A stretch of DNA of 63,970 bases, counting the filler, from Circinaria calcarea (lineage: Eukaryota): NCBI GenBank assembly GCA_051942165.1. It is 6 parts of 6 records of this genome, joined end to end, with 100 filler letters (N's around TTAATTAATTAA, not from the genome) between each part and the next. Parts side by side here need not be neighbours in the genome. Positions count along the whole stretch, not along the records: positions 10,695 to 21,286 come from JAVECS010000790.1; positions 21,387 to 31,971 come from JAVECS010000791.1; 4 more parts are not named here. One strand, given 5' to 3'. Positions 10,695 to 24,400 of this stretch are shown piece after piece (position 1 is the stretch's first letter; every line of letters begins with the position of its first letter). The notes under the pieces are model-generated. The model made no database searches and was not told where the DNA came from. It worked only from the letters and a program-made list of their open reading frames with translations. The translations under genes were made by a program, and so were the position numbers.

Positions 10695-13518
10695 TTCCCT
10701 CCAGTACCCTCAAACTCTCCATCTTCTCCAACACCAGCTCCAGCATCTCCTTCCTCCGGATCACATCCAAATGCCCTCTGACCTTGGGGTCCTCGCGCGC
10801 AAAGCGTTCGATCTCGGCATCACTAAGGTGGCGTCCCAAGCGTGCATCGAGCTCGCGCGGGAAGTTGTAGTAGAATTCGGAGAGGAGCTCGACGTTGAGG
10901 AAGAGGACGGCGGTGGAGGTGAGTTTATCGGCAACGACGTCGAGGAAGATTTCGGGGCAGTAGTACTTGTTGGCCTTAGTGGCGCATTGCTTCGAGCGGA
11001 GGGCGAGGAGGCGCATTTGGAGGATAGAAGCTCGGTCGCGGAGGAAGACGGCTTCTCTTCCTATACAATTCATGGTTTAGTAACAGGATACTATTTAGGG
11101 CTCTCTAGATAGAACGTACCTTTTTGAAGTAAAGCGGCGCTGAAACCTCCAGCGCCGCCGCTGCCATTACCTTCTAGTATTACTTCGCCCTTACGCACCC
11201 GGTCTATGAAGTTCATAACATCCTTTAGCTTCTTCCTACCGCCCACAGCCTCCTCAACTCCTTTGGCCGCAGTTTCGCACGCTTTGAGTTCGTTTTTTAG
11301 TACGCTGGCTATGTTTTGTCGTCCCTTGGCCCATTCTGCGTCCTCTACTTCGATTTCGAATTTGTAAGGCTTAATGCAGTTTTCGACTTGATCACTTGTG
11401 CTGTAGAATCTCTCATTCAAGATGCTAGATGCTGCGCTAGTGATGGCTTGTCGAGCAAAAGGGTGGACTGAAAAGGTAGAAGAAGCAATAAGCTGTTCAA
11501 CCTGAGATTGAAGAGCGTTTGCAACGACAGTGGTGGCTAGACGACCAATGCCTAATTTGGTAAGGGTCGAAGTTGAAGCATCTAGTTTTCGATGCCAGTA
11601 AAGTGATTCAGGGTCAGCGTTGGGAAGATCGCTTAGTGGGTCTCGTTCAATAGGTGAAGGCTCAAGGCTTTCGATGGGTTTGTTCCAATATCGTTGAGCT
11701 AGAAGGTCAAGTATCCGCTGATCGAGCTCCTGCTTAAGAAGAGTACGAACTTGCGATCGTCCGAAAGATTCTGTGAATTCCTTGAAAGAATGCTTGAATG
11801 CATCCAAACTCTCGGCTAGGTATGATTCAGCGCTCAGAGGACGATCATTGTATTGTACCTTGAACTCATATGCCGCTTCTTCAAGCTCTTGATGTATAGC
11901 ATCGCTTGAGCCCTGTAAACTTGCCGCCATGGTCTGCTCTAGGACTTGCATAAGCTTCTTACGCAGGGTAGTCGTACCAACGGCGAGATCAGATTCACGG
12001 CCGAACTCCAGAGGATGCGCTGAGAAGTAGGCGTTTTCATTCTTAGTGATTGCATTAGTAATGTTTCCATTACCTTTGGAGAAGAGACTGGTTGCTTGCG
12101 GTACCCGAGTCACAACGCCGACGTAACCAAGCCTTAGTGGATATTTCTTGTCACTAAGAATACTGGCTCCTCTTTGAGGGTCAACCAAGTCCATCTTAGT
12201 CACCACTCCTATGGTCCGTTCACCACGAGGATCAACCCTCCTGCTTGCACGTAATGCGGTAGAGTTTGCAAGATCGACATCAGCAGCCGAAATTGCCAGG
12301 ATCACATTTGGTGGCAGGAGATACCTATCGCACAGGTTCACAATCTTTTGCTTCAACTCGGGTGGCTGGTCAAGCCCGGATACTTGTATGTACCCGGGTA
12401 GATCAATCAAAGAGAGATCAGGCACGTTAGGTGAATATATGGAAAGTTGGATAGGATCATCCGAGACACAATCCGCTGCTGGTACAGCGAGGTTGAGATC
12501 TGTTAGGGTCCTTTGGATTTGCGAGAAGTCGGTAATCTTTCCCAGGCCAAGTGCAGGAAATTCGCCGTATTCGGCCTGCGCATCAGGTGTGTTAACCAGG
12601 GTCAATTCGATTGGCCGTCGAGTCATCATGTTTGCTCCTTTGGGTAAGAATTCATGGCCTACGATTGCCTCTAAAACCGAACTCTTTCCCGAAGACTGCG
12701 AACCAATCACCACGATAGAAGGCAATGTCAAGGTATTCGACTGTCCAACCGTCTGCAGGATGTTGCGTATCTCAATCATCTTCTTAGTCAACATCATCAT
12801 CTGATCGTCCCTAGCAACCTCCTGCCCCGATCGTTCATCGTCCTCGGGCGATTGGGTGTATCCAAAAGCTGCGCCAGTACCGATAACTGCTGCGCCTCCA
12901 ACTTTGCTTTGCTTGGGTGATTCACCTCCATCACCTGATGGGCCTCCGTCCGAAGAGGAGCCTTGGTCCTTGCCTACCAAAGTTTGCAACCATTCCGGCA
13001 ACGCCACGTTCTCCTTCGTCCTTTCCCAACCAGTCCTTGTCTGTTCAGCGATACCCTTGGCACTCTCAAACAATGTCCCAGCTGCCCCGCTTGCCGTGTC
13101 CCCTACCCGTCGAAAGATGTCCATGGCATAGTTTCCAGCCTCTGTTGATTATTGTACATTAGCAGTCGTACAAGGCCCGAACCTGCAATAACATACGTGT
13201 AGCTTGATATTGAATGTAGGCCAGACCTGCTATGGCTGCTCCACCAAACATTGCGGGTATTCTTAGAAATTTGACAGCCAGATTTGGGAGAGCCCTGGCA
13301 AATGAGATGTTTCGCACTGCAGGGACATCGTGAAGGGAGTATGCGCCGAACGGCCATGGTCGCTTTCTAAAGTTCCTTGAGCTTTGTGGGGTTCGCAACA
13401 ACCCACCAGCATGTGTATGTGTATAGTGGAGAGGACGGTGAATCGTATGCTGTGACCGATGAATCCGCCATGCAGAGGGTGGCGCGGAGAGCGGGTTAAG
13501 CAATCTTCGCCCGCTCAT
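10695..13518 (-). CDS. MGM1: Mitochondrial dynamin-like fusion GTPase Mgm1/Msp1 (3'-truncated)
   Basis: Arg-rich presequence and hydrophobic anchor (MFGGAAIAGLAYIQY), G1 GSQSSGKSS, G3 DLPG, G4 TKMD, C-terminal FAREDPKVRGHLD. Introns near 13142-13197 and 11063-11118. Confidence 0.95.
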
Positions 13519-14332
13519 TGCTATGTTTGGTGCATGATAGGAACTTTAATGTGAGTAAATCTTGTCATCAAAAATCTTTCTTCATAGAAGATTGATTCTA
13601 CGTTTACTTGGACTTGAGTTTGGTTGCGGCTAACATTTAAAATCCGCGATGTCAATTCTCGTACCCCTGCCTCGGGCAGGTAGACCGAGCTGCCGGTAGG
13701 GCTACACATCGCTAGACGTTTGATGTCCATCCCATAATATTGCTGCTCAGCCGTTTGGAGTATCCCCTGTCCAGAAAAACTGCTTTCGCGATTAAAACCG
13801 CTATTGATAGTCTTGGTTATCTCGCAAAGGTTTTTTTCCCAAACGCATGGTCACCCCTCCCTGCAGCTTTCGGTACTTACTTTTACCAATGGATAGGTGG
13901 TTTTTAAAGACGAAAAACGTGGACATCCATCATGGATGGCACTTTCCATGCCACTTCGGGGCGCCTGGAGGGGCCCCCTTGAGGTTAATTCCTTACGAGC
14001 TCAGCCCTTTGCTCCTTTTTCTTCCATTTCACATCCGTCGTAGCTGACGGGGAGACCTTAAGCCTCTGGTTGGGTGAGATGCATAGCCAGTGGCTTTAGC
14101 AGCGGTTATGGGAAGCCTTGTGTGGGCACTAGGTGAGAGGACAAGCTAGTCTCTCAAATCTCGAGTAGTATGATTCACACAAGTCCTTTTAAATTTCGAG
14201 CTTCAGAGCCGCTATCTATTCAGTACTTTACTATTACATCTACCAAAACACCACCTACCACCCCATACCTCCACTCTCCAAATAATCCCATTTCCCTTCA
14301 CGCCTTTTCCTCTTCCCCCATCCACAGTCCAC

Positions 14333-15549
14333 TCACTTACTCTGATACTTCTCCCCAATCCCCCTCTTCACCGCCGGCCTCTCCGCAATGCGATCGATCC
14401 ACTGGAGCACATGCGGAAACTGCTCCATCTCCTCCCTTGTGAACCCGGCAAACTCCCAGCCCTTGACCCAGGGCCAGGTGCCAATGTCAGCGACGCTGTA
14501 TTTGCCTTTGCCATTGCCGGCGAGGTAGTCACGCGGGGTGCCGGTGTATTTGCCCGAGAGACGGATCTCGAGTACGCCGAAGACGCGGAGGGTTTCGTTC
14601 TTGAAGCGTTCGATGGCGTCTGTGAAGTAAAAAAAGGGTGTTGGTTAGATTAGTTGAGGAAACGGGAGAGGAGGGATGTGGGGGGGGGGCGAAAGACGGG
14701 TTTGAAAGGGAGGACGGGGAGTGAGGACTCACAGGGGATCTTTTCCTTGGCAAACTTGTTAAAGTGGTTCACTTGGCCTTGATACGGGGCCCCACTCCCG
14801 TGCCAGAAAAACAGCCATTGAAGCGCTTCATTCCTTTCGAGCTCGTCTTTGAAGCCAAACTCGTCATTCTTGTCCGCGAATTTGAGCAGGTAGAGCAATT
14901 CGGCACTCGTCTCCATTACCGGAAAAGGCGGCGACTGGTTATTATCCACGAGGACGGGAATGCGACCTGTTTCAGACTGTCAGGATCGCCCCCCGTGAGG
15001 AGGTATTGGAAAAAGGAGGGAGAGGGAGGAGAGGGAGAGGGGGACCATTGGGATCGAGCTTGAGGAACCAGTCTTTCTTTTGCTCGTTGGTCATGATATT
15101 ACTAGGAAGTTCTGAAGCGTTAGTCTTGGAAAAGGGTTTGCTCTTTTCTGTGGAAAGAGAGAAAGCTTTTCGTGTTTGGTTATCGGGGGAGGGTCTGACA
15201 TGAGTGTGTAATCCCATTCGGTGCCGTAGACGTCCTTGAGCTCCTCGAGCATGATTTGGACTTTTTGGCCGTTGGGCGTGTTCATGGTGATGAGGTGGAG
15301 GCCCTGAGCGGGGATACGTTCCCATCCATCAGCGTTTCTGTTCCTTTTCTGGGGGGAATACATGATATCAATAAATAATTGGAGCCTACTGACCTTGGAA
15401 TTCTTGACCGAGTCGGGCGTCTCGTCGTCATAGAGGGAGTGCGCCATCTTGCGGATGTTTGGTCTCGAATTGATCCCCTTAGTTATGGAAGAATTAAAAG
15501 GACGTAGCTGTTGAACGATTGCAGCCGTTCGCGAGGCTGCCCGGAACAT
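14333..15549 (-). CDS. Glutathione S-transferase, Ure2/Nu (YfcG-like) type, multi-exon
   Basis: GLHLITMNTPNGQKVQIMLEEL, WFLKLDPNGRIP, METSAELLYL, ALQWLFFWHGSGAPYQGQ, C-terminal WIDRIAERPAVKRG. Exact last exon uncertain. Confidence 0.9.
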
Positions 15550-17063
15550 ATATATACAAGAAAGTCAAGGTTATGGAGAGGATGGAGCGGGGTTCGTGTT
15601 TACAAATTGATCTCGGCCCCGCCGGCAATACTGATTGATAAGCGACAGTCAGTTATCGGCTTGCAAAGCACACCACTGGTTGCTCAGCGTCAGTCCACAG
15701 TTCCTGCATCCGCATTGCAACCTCGAGATCGGCACGTGCAGTTTATTAATCAAACCAAACTATTGATCCTGATAGGTCAGTCATGTGGTAGCAACTCTAC
15801 CACCAATGCCGCATTAGGACTATTACCATTCACCCTGCTTACCAAACCCGACGTCCCCTCTGCCATCGAGATCATCCAACTCACATGTGCGGATGTTACT
15901 TGTAGCCATTGGATATACATCGATCGCTCTGCCGCACCGCTTACCTCCCTACCTACAATGTGCTTTCCTGTGAAGCCGATTCTGGGCCGACTATGATGGT
16001 TTTCTAAAACCCGGAATTGTGCATTCCTTGCGTATTCGTTGTTTATGAGGCACTTGGAACGGAATTTCCTACGTCTTCAAAGACCATGACGCAACTGATG
16101 GAGGGAAAAAGGGGAACGTCGCAGGTGTGGCGATGCAGACGCTGCCTAGAGAGGTGGGGACAAGGGAGAACCGGGGGAGAGTAGATGTAAGCCTTGTAGC
16201 GCTGGGAGAGGAGAGGCGGGTAGGAGAAAGCGGGTAGGTACCAGGTTGAGATGGATTGCAATGACATGAGCTGTGACGATATCGACTGACCGCTTGTATC
16301 GACTGTAGACAAGAGAATGGTCAACCCTCGTGTTTCGTGGTGGTGAGTAAATCCATAATCGTTATATGGTGCTTCGTTTACTGCCACCATCGGCACTGAT
16401 GTAAAAGACCTGGTTTTCCTTTGATCAAATTTCCTCTCTAGAGTATACTTTTCGGGGGAAAAGCCCTGAACAGAACACTTTGGCATAAATCACATGTGGC
16501 CGATAGCCGTGTTCACTGAAGAGGAGGCACACCTGCCAGCTATTCCTTGAACCAGTCGTGATCTGGTATAAGGCGAATAGAGTACTTTGGAAGCTAGATT
16601 CTTAAAAGGATCTATGCAACATGAATTAGGAAGGCTTGAGTGGGACAATTACGGTACATCACAGACTGAAAATTCCGTCGATGTTGAAGCAACTGGGGCA
16701 GTCCCTGGTCCTTTACTCTGCCTCCTGACGTGCAGGTCAATAGGGGGTAGCCTAAAAGCCGCCCGTGTACCGCTTGGCAGTCGGCACCACAAGACCTCGT
16801 TATCGAGTCCCCTATAAATACTTTCAAACCCTACGGGTTGAAGACCTCGGGAAGATCATCTTCACCGTGCAAGCTCATCCACTTCGGTATATCTATAATA
16901 CTTGGGTAAGATGCGCTGGTACCATACCGCCTGTCCGCACGGCTTTGCTTCTTTGTTCCTGTTGACACAAATCGGCTTCGCTATATAATAATATCCTTAC
17001 CTCTATTGTGGAGGTATTCCCGGCTATTACTGTGTCGTTGAGGGCGGGAACGGTGGCCCTGTT

Positions 17064-20000
17064 TTATCTTGCGTCCATATCTACGACCCTTGCGTACCTG
17101 GGTTCCAATTCATCCTGGCGCTTCAGGTAGTTCCTTGCTTTTAGCAGCTTTTGTATGTTATTGTCATCGTCATTGTAGATGGGGGCATAATCAAATGCTG
17201 TCGAACCAGTTTCATCGCGAGCTTCGTAGTTGGACATTTTTTGCATTAGTACTTCAGCAACCGAGTAGTTGCAATTGGCAAGAGCGTAGTGCAATGGGGT
17301 CCTGCCAAGCTTGTCTTGGTCATGAGGATCCAGACCGACTTCTAGCCTTTTGACGGCAAATGGATGATTACCAGTCCTTGCTGCATCGTGGAGTAGAGTT
17401 CTTCCGGAGGAGTCCCTTCGAAGCAGATAGGCGCTCCACACCGCCGCTTGCAGAGACGGAAATCTTTTTCTGTTTCGTGGCCAATTGTGAAAGGGTCTTT
17501 GAAAAACAGGGGTCTCAGCAGTAGCGAGCGTCCTAGTCCACTGCTGTAGCGTTCTTGGCGATTCCACTCCTTCCCTTCCACAGCCGCTGACTTCCCAACA
17601 ATGTAGCAGTCTCTTAATATCTGCGTGCCCACTTTCAGCAGCGTAACACCATGCGGTGAGGCTCAGCCCTCTGTAGTCCCGGGGTTTCGCATCAACTTGG
17701 GCTCCCAGTAACAAGCATACTATTGCCATGAATCCTTTCTCATATGCATGATGTAGCGCTGTTTTGCCTTGGATATCTGCCCAGTCTATGTCGCTCCCCC
17801 AGCGCAGTAGCTTATCCACCATCTTAATGTCTCCGCAAATAGCCGATGCTATTAGAGCTGTTCTCCCAAAGCCATCTCGATCCTCAACACCAGCCGGGGT
17901 ATTCAAGTTAAGCCTCGTACTGGTACCTCGAATTCCACTTACGTACCCGACAAATGCCGTAATGGTACTCGGGCCAAGCCATTCCACCCAACCCAACAGA
18001 GACATTTGCCACCGATCTTTTACTAGCAGGTCCGACTCGCTCCAAAACGGTAACAGTAACTTGACAGAATCTAGGTCTCCTGCGTCTCGTGCATAGCGCA
18101 GCGGGCTGACACCCCTTTTATCTACTTTGTCTAGATAACTGCTACATTTGAGAAAAGCTCCAAGGGCAGCAGCGCTGCCTATTTTCGCAGCAGTGTGTAC
18201 CGGTGTTCGTCCGTCAAGGTCTAAACGGTGGACATCAGCACCTCTTGCGATCAAAAACGGGATTATACATCCGGCTTGCAAATTCTCTGAGACGAGATGT
18301 AGAGCGGTTCGACCATTTCCATCAGACACAGATATGTCGACGCCCAAGCCGAGAATTGCTCGCACTGTTCTAAGGCCGCCAATTCGGGCTGCCACAAGCC
18401 AGCACCATTCAAGATCTAGCCCTATATCGTTTCGAGAGAGGAGCATTCGCTCGATATTGCGCGTTGTACAGTTACTTTCGAGCGTATATAGGAGTAAGGA
18501 GGTGGCCGTGATACACTCTCCTCGTTTCTCAACGATTTTGTCGAGCATTGTTGATAAGTACTCCGAGTCATCTTTGCAACAAGCCCACTCAACTGCTGAG
18601 AATGGCTTGCAGACATATCCTGCGGACCGAATTGATTCTTCTGCTACAAAATATGGCGAATCCTGGTCCACGCACTCACTCACAACGTAGCGAAAGGGCC
18701 AATTTCGGACCTCAGGGTCAGCACCATGATCAAGCAGTAATCGTAATAGCTGTAGTAACGCTATGTGAGACGCACCTGATTCGAGTGCGGCGGCTATCAC
18801 GGGAAGACGAGAGGCAGAGCCGGTACAAGCACGTGGTTTCCAGTGAAGTGCCTCCCGTACCTGGAGCTTGCCGTTGTCAAAATAAGGAATGCATATTCTG
18901 CAATCAGAGAGGTAACCCGACACAGCATTTGGATTGGCACCATTTTCCAGCAACAACTTTGCTATTTCAGAATGACCTTGTGATACCGCAAGCCATAAAG
19001 GGGTTAAATCTACCAGAATATCGTTAGCGCTGTAAAGCTCATAGTCATTACTGTTAGGAGGATAGCAACGAGGGAGATTCCCTACCGTCGTCGATACTGT
19101 CTATTTGGGATCCGTCCTCAATCAACCTAGTTAGTGTTGGTGGTAGGTTGTAATATGCGGCGACGTGTAAAGCAGACAGCTCGGGTTCGCGTAGCAGTCC
19201 ATATCTGTCTAGAACTTGATGTACTTGATGATAGACCGACATGATGCTTCTCCGAATTCCGGCAGACTGGAGGAGGTCCACTAAGAGCTCTTGCAAGGGG
19301 CTATCGTTTGCAGCCAGGTGAACATGATGAAACCAGTGGGAAGCTGCATATCTGAGAAATGGATATTTTCTGTGAACGGCATGTGAGGCGGATACGTCGG
19401 AGTCCTTTCTGGCATGAAAAGCATCGAAAGACAGATACCCAAGGCAAGTCTCTGCCAACTCGAGCTGAGCATCAGGAAAATACCGAGGGCTAGTGCGTTC
19501 CAGGTACTCCTGTGCCGTATGATGGGTCAGGACCAAGTAGGGCCCCCCTGGCTCATCATTCCTAGGAATACCATCATCCCCAATCAAGTTTTCGGCCTTC
19601 TCTCTTGCAGGCTGTACGACGATGAGTCCAGCGCAAGAAGAGATGAGCTCACTAACATCCGGCAGTCCTTCTTCGAAAACATCTTGATCGCCAGGCTCAA
19701 TTGAGAGTGCATGTTGAAGTTCTAGCACGGACAAAGGTCTCAACGTGTGCGTGACCCACTTCAAAGCTCGCATAGCCTGGTCTCTATGTCCCTCGTCTTG
19801 ACTCTCGACTCTCCGGATAGCATCTTCGTATGTAGAATCAATCGATTCTGGGAGATGCAACAATCTTTCGCGAAGAATCCGAGGACTAGTACATGTAGCG
19901 AGGGACTCCACGTGAAGCCTTGCTAGTAGAAACCTTCGTGAAAGTAGATTAGTATCTCTAAAGTTGCCTTTGCATGAATTAAAACTAACATTCCCTGGAC

Positions 20001-21286
20001 TTTATCAAGGACGGCGTGAAGCATTGCCTCCTTAAGGTCAGGGGCTCGTGCTATATGGCTTGCTAGGCGGCTATTCGTTCTTATTCGCTCCACAAGATAA
20101 CCCTTTATATCAACATCTTGTGCTTTTACTTCCAATTGATAGTCTGTTTGGAGAAGATCCTTTATTGCGGGAACTAGTCTGGACGTAACAAGTAATTGGA
20201 GACCAGGTTGAACACCTTGCAAAACAGATATAACACGTTGACGGTCATCAGCATCACCATACTCGTCTAGGGCGTCAATGACGATATAAGGCTTATGACA
20301 TTGCTGTAATTGTAACTTCAACATTTGGATGGTTTCTTGAAAATTGGGTCGAGTGCCTTTCTTCTGGTGGTGTTTGAATGAATCTGTGATCGCCTTGCAA
20401 ATTGCAGAACTCCCAGAAGCAATCTGACGGATGATACTTAGCAGTAGAGTGTCGACGGACTGGGACTGCTGCTCTGTGTAATCACAATATACCCATGCAA
20501 CCGTTGCACCAGAATTATGTGTTTTCTGTTCAAGGTCATCAATTATTATTGACCTGAAACAGTTAGAGTCAAGGCAATGCATTAGTTGACACAAAAACCT
20601 ACGACAGGACCGTCTTCCCGGCACCAGCTTTTTCTAATCAGTCCAGGACTGTAAGATCATGCAGGAGAGAACTAACGTATCCCAGGGCACCAAAGCGTGC
20701 CATACTCTCTATCGACCCAGGCTTTGTACTTTGGGTCCTCTAGGAACCATGTGCATGTTCCTTCTTGCCTCCTACCAAAAACCATATTTTGTTTAGTCCA
20801 AAACTCGAGCGGAGAAAGCCAAGCTAACATTCGCCGACGCTCATCGGCCTCTGTTGTCGCTTCATGGGCTACGACGTGTTATCAGTCTCGTACCCAGGCA
20901 GCGATTATAGTTGGAAGAATCTGGAAATTTCAATACAAACGAAGCAGCTTTAATACCGAGAACGAAACAATTGCCCGAGAAACTCCCTACCTTGGGCTAT
21001 AGTCTGAATTGTATGAAGGTTGACGTTGATGTTCTGCATGCCAATCTCCAAACCCTCTATTCGATGTCGTATTCCCCGGGACAGAGCGCTGCCACTGTCC
21101 TTAGTAATGTGATAGTTATCTACTGCCGATTTTATCTCACATATGATCATTGTGCATAGCAAGAGCGAAGAGAGATTTCTGCCTTTCGATCCTCTCAAGA
21201 ATACTCATCACTTCTTTCTTCTCGAAAGGGAACGCGATGGTCTGACCGATCTTCCTGACCCCATGAGCAGGTTCAAGCTTCCGAAG
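17064..21286 (-). CDS. Fungal NLR: HeLo-like/SesA-type N-terminal domain, NACHT, winged helix, ankyrin repeats (5'-truncated)
   Basis: N-terminal IAFPFEKKEVMSILERIERQKSLFALAM, QEGTCTWFL, Walker A LWCPGIP|GAGKT split by an intron, Walker B YIVIDALDE, LLVTSR, RPLSVLELQHAL, HHTAQEYL, and many ankyrin repeats (GRTALHL, GRTPVH, GKTALH, GRTPLHYA). Confidence 0.9.
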
Positions 21287-21386
21287 NNNNNNNNNNNNNN
21301 NNNNNNNNNNNNNNNNNNNNNNNNNNNNNNTTAATTAATTAANNNNNNNNNNNNNNNNNNNNNNNNNNNNNNNNNNNNNNNNNNNN
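21287..21386. other. Artificial contig spacer
   Basis: Same N44-TTAATTAATTAA-N44 linker. Confidence 0.99.
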
Positions 21387-21466
21387 CCTGCTCCAGCACC
21401 CAGACCGGTACCCATCATAACATACCACCCAGTTCATGACTTTGCTCGAAAAGAAAGGAAACCAAT

Positions 21467-24400
21467 TCACATAATCTGTTTTCCACGTCAGCATACCCAA
21501 TACCCCTCTATCTCGAAACACCCTTAGGGGAGATGTTGTGGAACACCCACCTCGCAATTATCATCCAACAGCAACATCCTCCCTTCCTCTTCTCTCTCTT
21601 CGCCTTCTCCAGCCGGGCCCTGCCCCTGTCTCGCTCTCAATCTGCTGGCCAGTTGGGCGAGCATACCTCTCTATAACCAATACACACGCATAAGTTAGCA
21701 CGGATAAATCAATAACTTGAAAAAATAGCAGCCTTAAATGGTTAAATCCCCCTCATCTCCGCGACCGGCGTGGAGTTCTTCCCCACTCGTCCAACGCAGC
21801 TGAGCCATGTCCACCAAGGCGCATCTGGGGGATAAACCGAGCAAGGACGGCATCATATCGCGCGTCCAGCTCTTCCTGTGTAGTGCCGGGGGTACTTGCC
21901 GTTATAAAAGCATCCTGCATGCCGCCTTGTCTTTCCACGTCATTCTGACTCACAATCCTGTACGAATCTTTCATACGTTTACGCGATGCGAGGCCTCCTT
22001 TACGGGGGCGGGTGTCATTGTCATTTCCATCCTCATTAGTAGCAGCTTCTTGGGTGGGAGGACGCCTCCTGCGTCCAAGCATGATGGATGAATGACCGGT
22101 CGAATCGTTGGAAGAAGTGCTAAGATTAATTCCATTCCGAGCGTCCTGTTGAGACCGCACGTCTGGAGAGAAAATCTTAATCGTATGATCAATGCCGGAG
22201 ACCGCCAGCATGGGTTCGTAAGGATGGCCTATCAAAATCAATAAGCAACCTTGCAGTGATCTGGGAACATTGCTCCTACCTTCTACTACATTGACAACCT
22301 CCCCGTCGCCTTTCAGAATATTTAATAACTGCGAAGTCTTCTTGTCCCAGATGAATAGATGACCACAGTCGCTACCGCTGACTACGTATTCATCTTGCAG
22401 TCCAAAGAAACTGACATCCTTGACTGTTTTGACGTTGCAATGTCCTTGATATTTCCGGCTATGAGCCGAGCAAGGTACATGCGCTTGGACTGATTCACGA
22501 AGCTTTCCCCTATCGGAGGCAGATTGGAATACGAATCGACGCTCTTCAGCTGTGATATCTTCATCATCATCGTCGTCACCTCCATCGTCACCCTCATCGT
22601 CTTCCTCCTCGCCTTCATCTCCTTCCTCATCATCGTGTACCATATGGTCGGCAAGTTCATCATGGAGGTCGCCAAGCCGAATAACATCTTCCTCGGAACT
22701 CGCTGACATGGTACCTTCGCGTGTCGAGTTAGACCAATCCGGAGGCTCAAATTGATATGTTCGTCGATTGGAGGATTGATAACCGACATTTTCCAGACTC
22801 CCCATAACCGCCTCGACGTGACCACTTTCATACACAGTAATCTGGCCAAGTTCACGACTTGAGCTACCGGATTCATTAGGATAGATATCCTCTTGCACCC
22901 TGCCTTCATTTGCGATACCGGATGTGCCTAGTCCTCCGAAAGCTCTATCCACAGAGGCAAAATTGATCCCTTCTACCGCTTTCATTAGTAATCCTCTACC
23001 GACTTTGAACGCCCAGAATTTGAGAGCAGTCTTCCGATCCTGTGCCTCTATCGACATACCCGTACCATCAGCACTTGATGATGCAGATACAACAGCTCTA
23101 GACAGGTCTTCCAGGGGCATCTTGATGGCATGACTAAACGCAACAACAGCAGCCGTTTCACTTTGGAATGTCTGCCGCAACTCATCGCGTTCAAATCTTG
23201 AAGCATCAACATTTGGAACAGGGTGGGCCCCCGCTAGTCTTAGTAGATATGGGATTATGAAGTCGTCGATGCCGGCATGCTGAGCGTCGTCTGGCACAGG
23301 AAACCTAGGATTATCGTTTCTTTGATCCGGAGGCCTTTTGAAGCCTTGCAGTAGCGCTTGTGGTCCACCATCTAACCAGAGGAGGATAGCCCTTAGGAAA
23401 TCATAGCGAAACACCTCGGATGTATTATAAATCGGTCCGTCAGAGGTTGCTGGTTGAATTTGGTCAAACAAACGTAAGGCAGAACTCTCTTGCGCACCGC
23501 CATTTTCAGTTTGACCAATCATAACTCTAGCAAGGGTGCCAGCTGCCTGGATGAATCGACGGAATGAATCTCGACCACTCCTTAGCGTTTTCTGTAGACG
23601 TATCTCGTCTGGATGGGGGTTCACCGGGTACCTCCAAATACGGATGATCTTATCAATTCTGGGTAGATAGGTCGTTGCAAGCTCAAGTATAGAACTGAAT
23701 AAAGGTGTATGAGAGGCAAGATCTAATTCACCTCCGTCCAGGTCACGTGTCGATGGTTTAAGAGAAAACATTAGGTTCCAAACCTTCACAACATTCTTTG
23801 CGATCAGTCTGCTTCGTCTTTGTGACACAGGCGGCGGATATTCTGTGACTTCTTCAGGTGAAGTGACAGTTGTTGCTGGTATGGAGGAGGTGTCCATGGG
23901 AACATCCTCGCTTTGGCCATTCTCGTAGCGGACTCTCAGTGCTAAATCTTCACCGTTTGTAGCTTCTTGCGAGGAAAGCCTTGGTTGAGAGCCTCCCCTC
24001 CTGGCCCCTTCTGCAGATGCTGTAGAAGTCTCGGTTTTCCTCTTACGCTTCCTGTCCTTTGATTCGTTGGTTTTGCCTTTGCTTTTCCCTTTTCCGGTAC
24101 CTCGAGATTCGGTACGTACTGCGTCTCGTGCGTCGGACGTCTTTACCAAATCAAAGCTGTAGATATGATCTCCAGACCAACTAGCAATCAATTCATTGGG
24201 ATTGGCATCACTGATTTTGCAGGCGGTAATATGACCATTGTCCGTCCGTCTCATCTTATCTTGCCCGAGCGGCGCAAACCGACGTACGCATCTCGTAGCT
24301 TCAGCAAGGGCATTATCGTCATGCTCGGAAAAGCCATTCGTTGACGATGCTCTAGCTAGCTTGCCACTTTCCGCAACGGTATCTCTACCAAGCATACGGC

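Noticed and set aside
15900..17000. Several short ORFs between the GST and the NLR
   Set aside because: No recognisable motifs or consistent exon chain; cannot support a call.
1..21286. Apparent NLR gene cluster (two ankyrin NLRs in the first 21 kb)
   Set aside because: The two genes are on different contigs.
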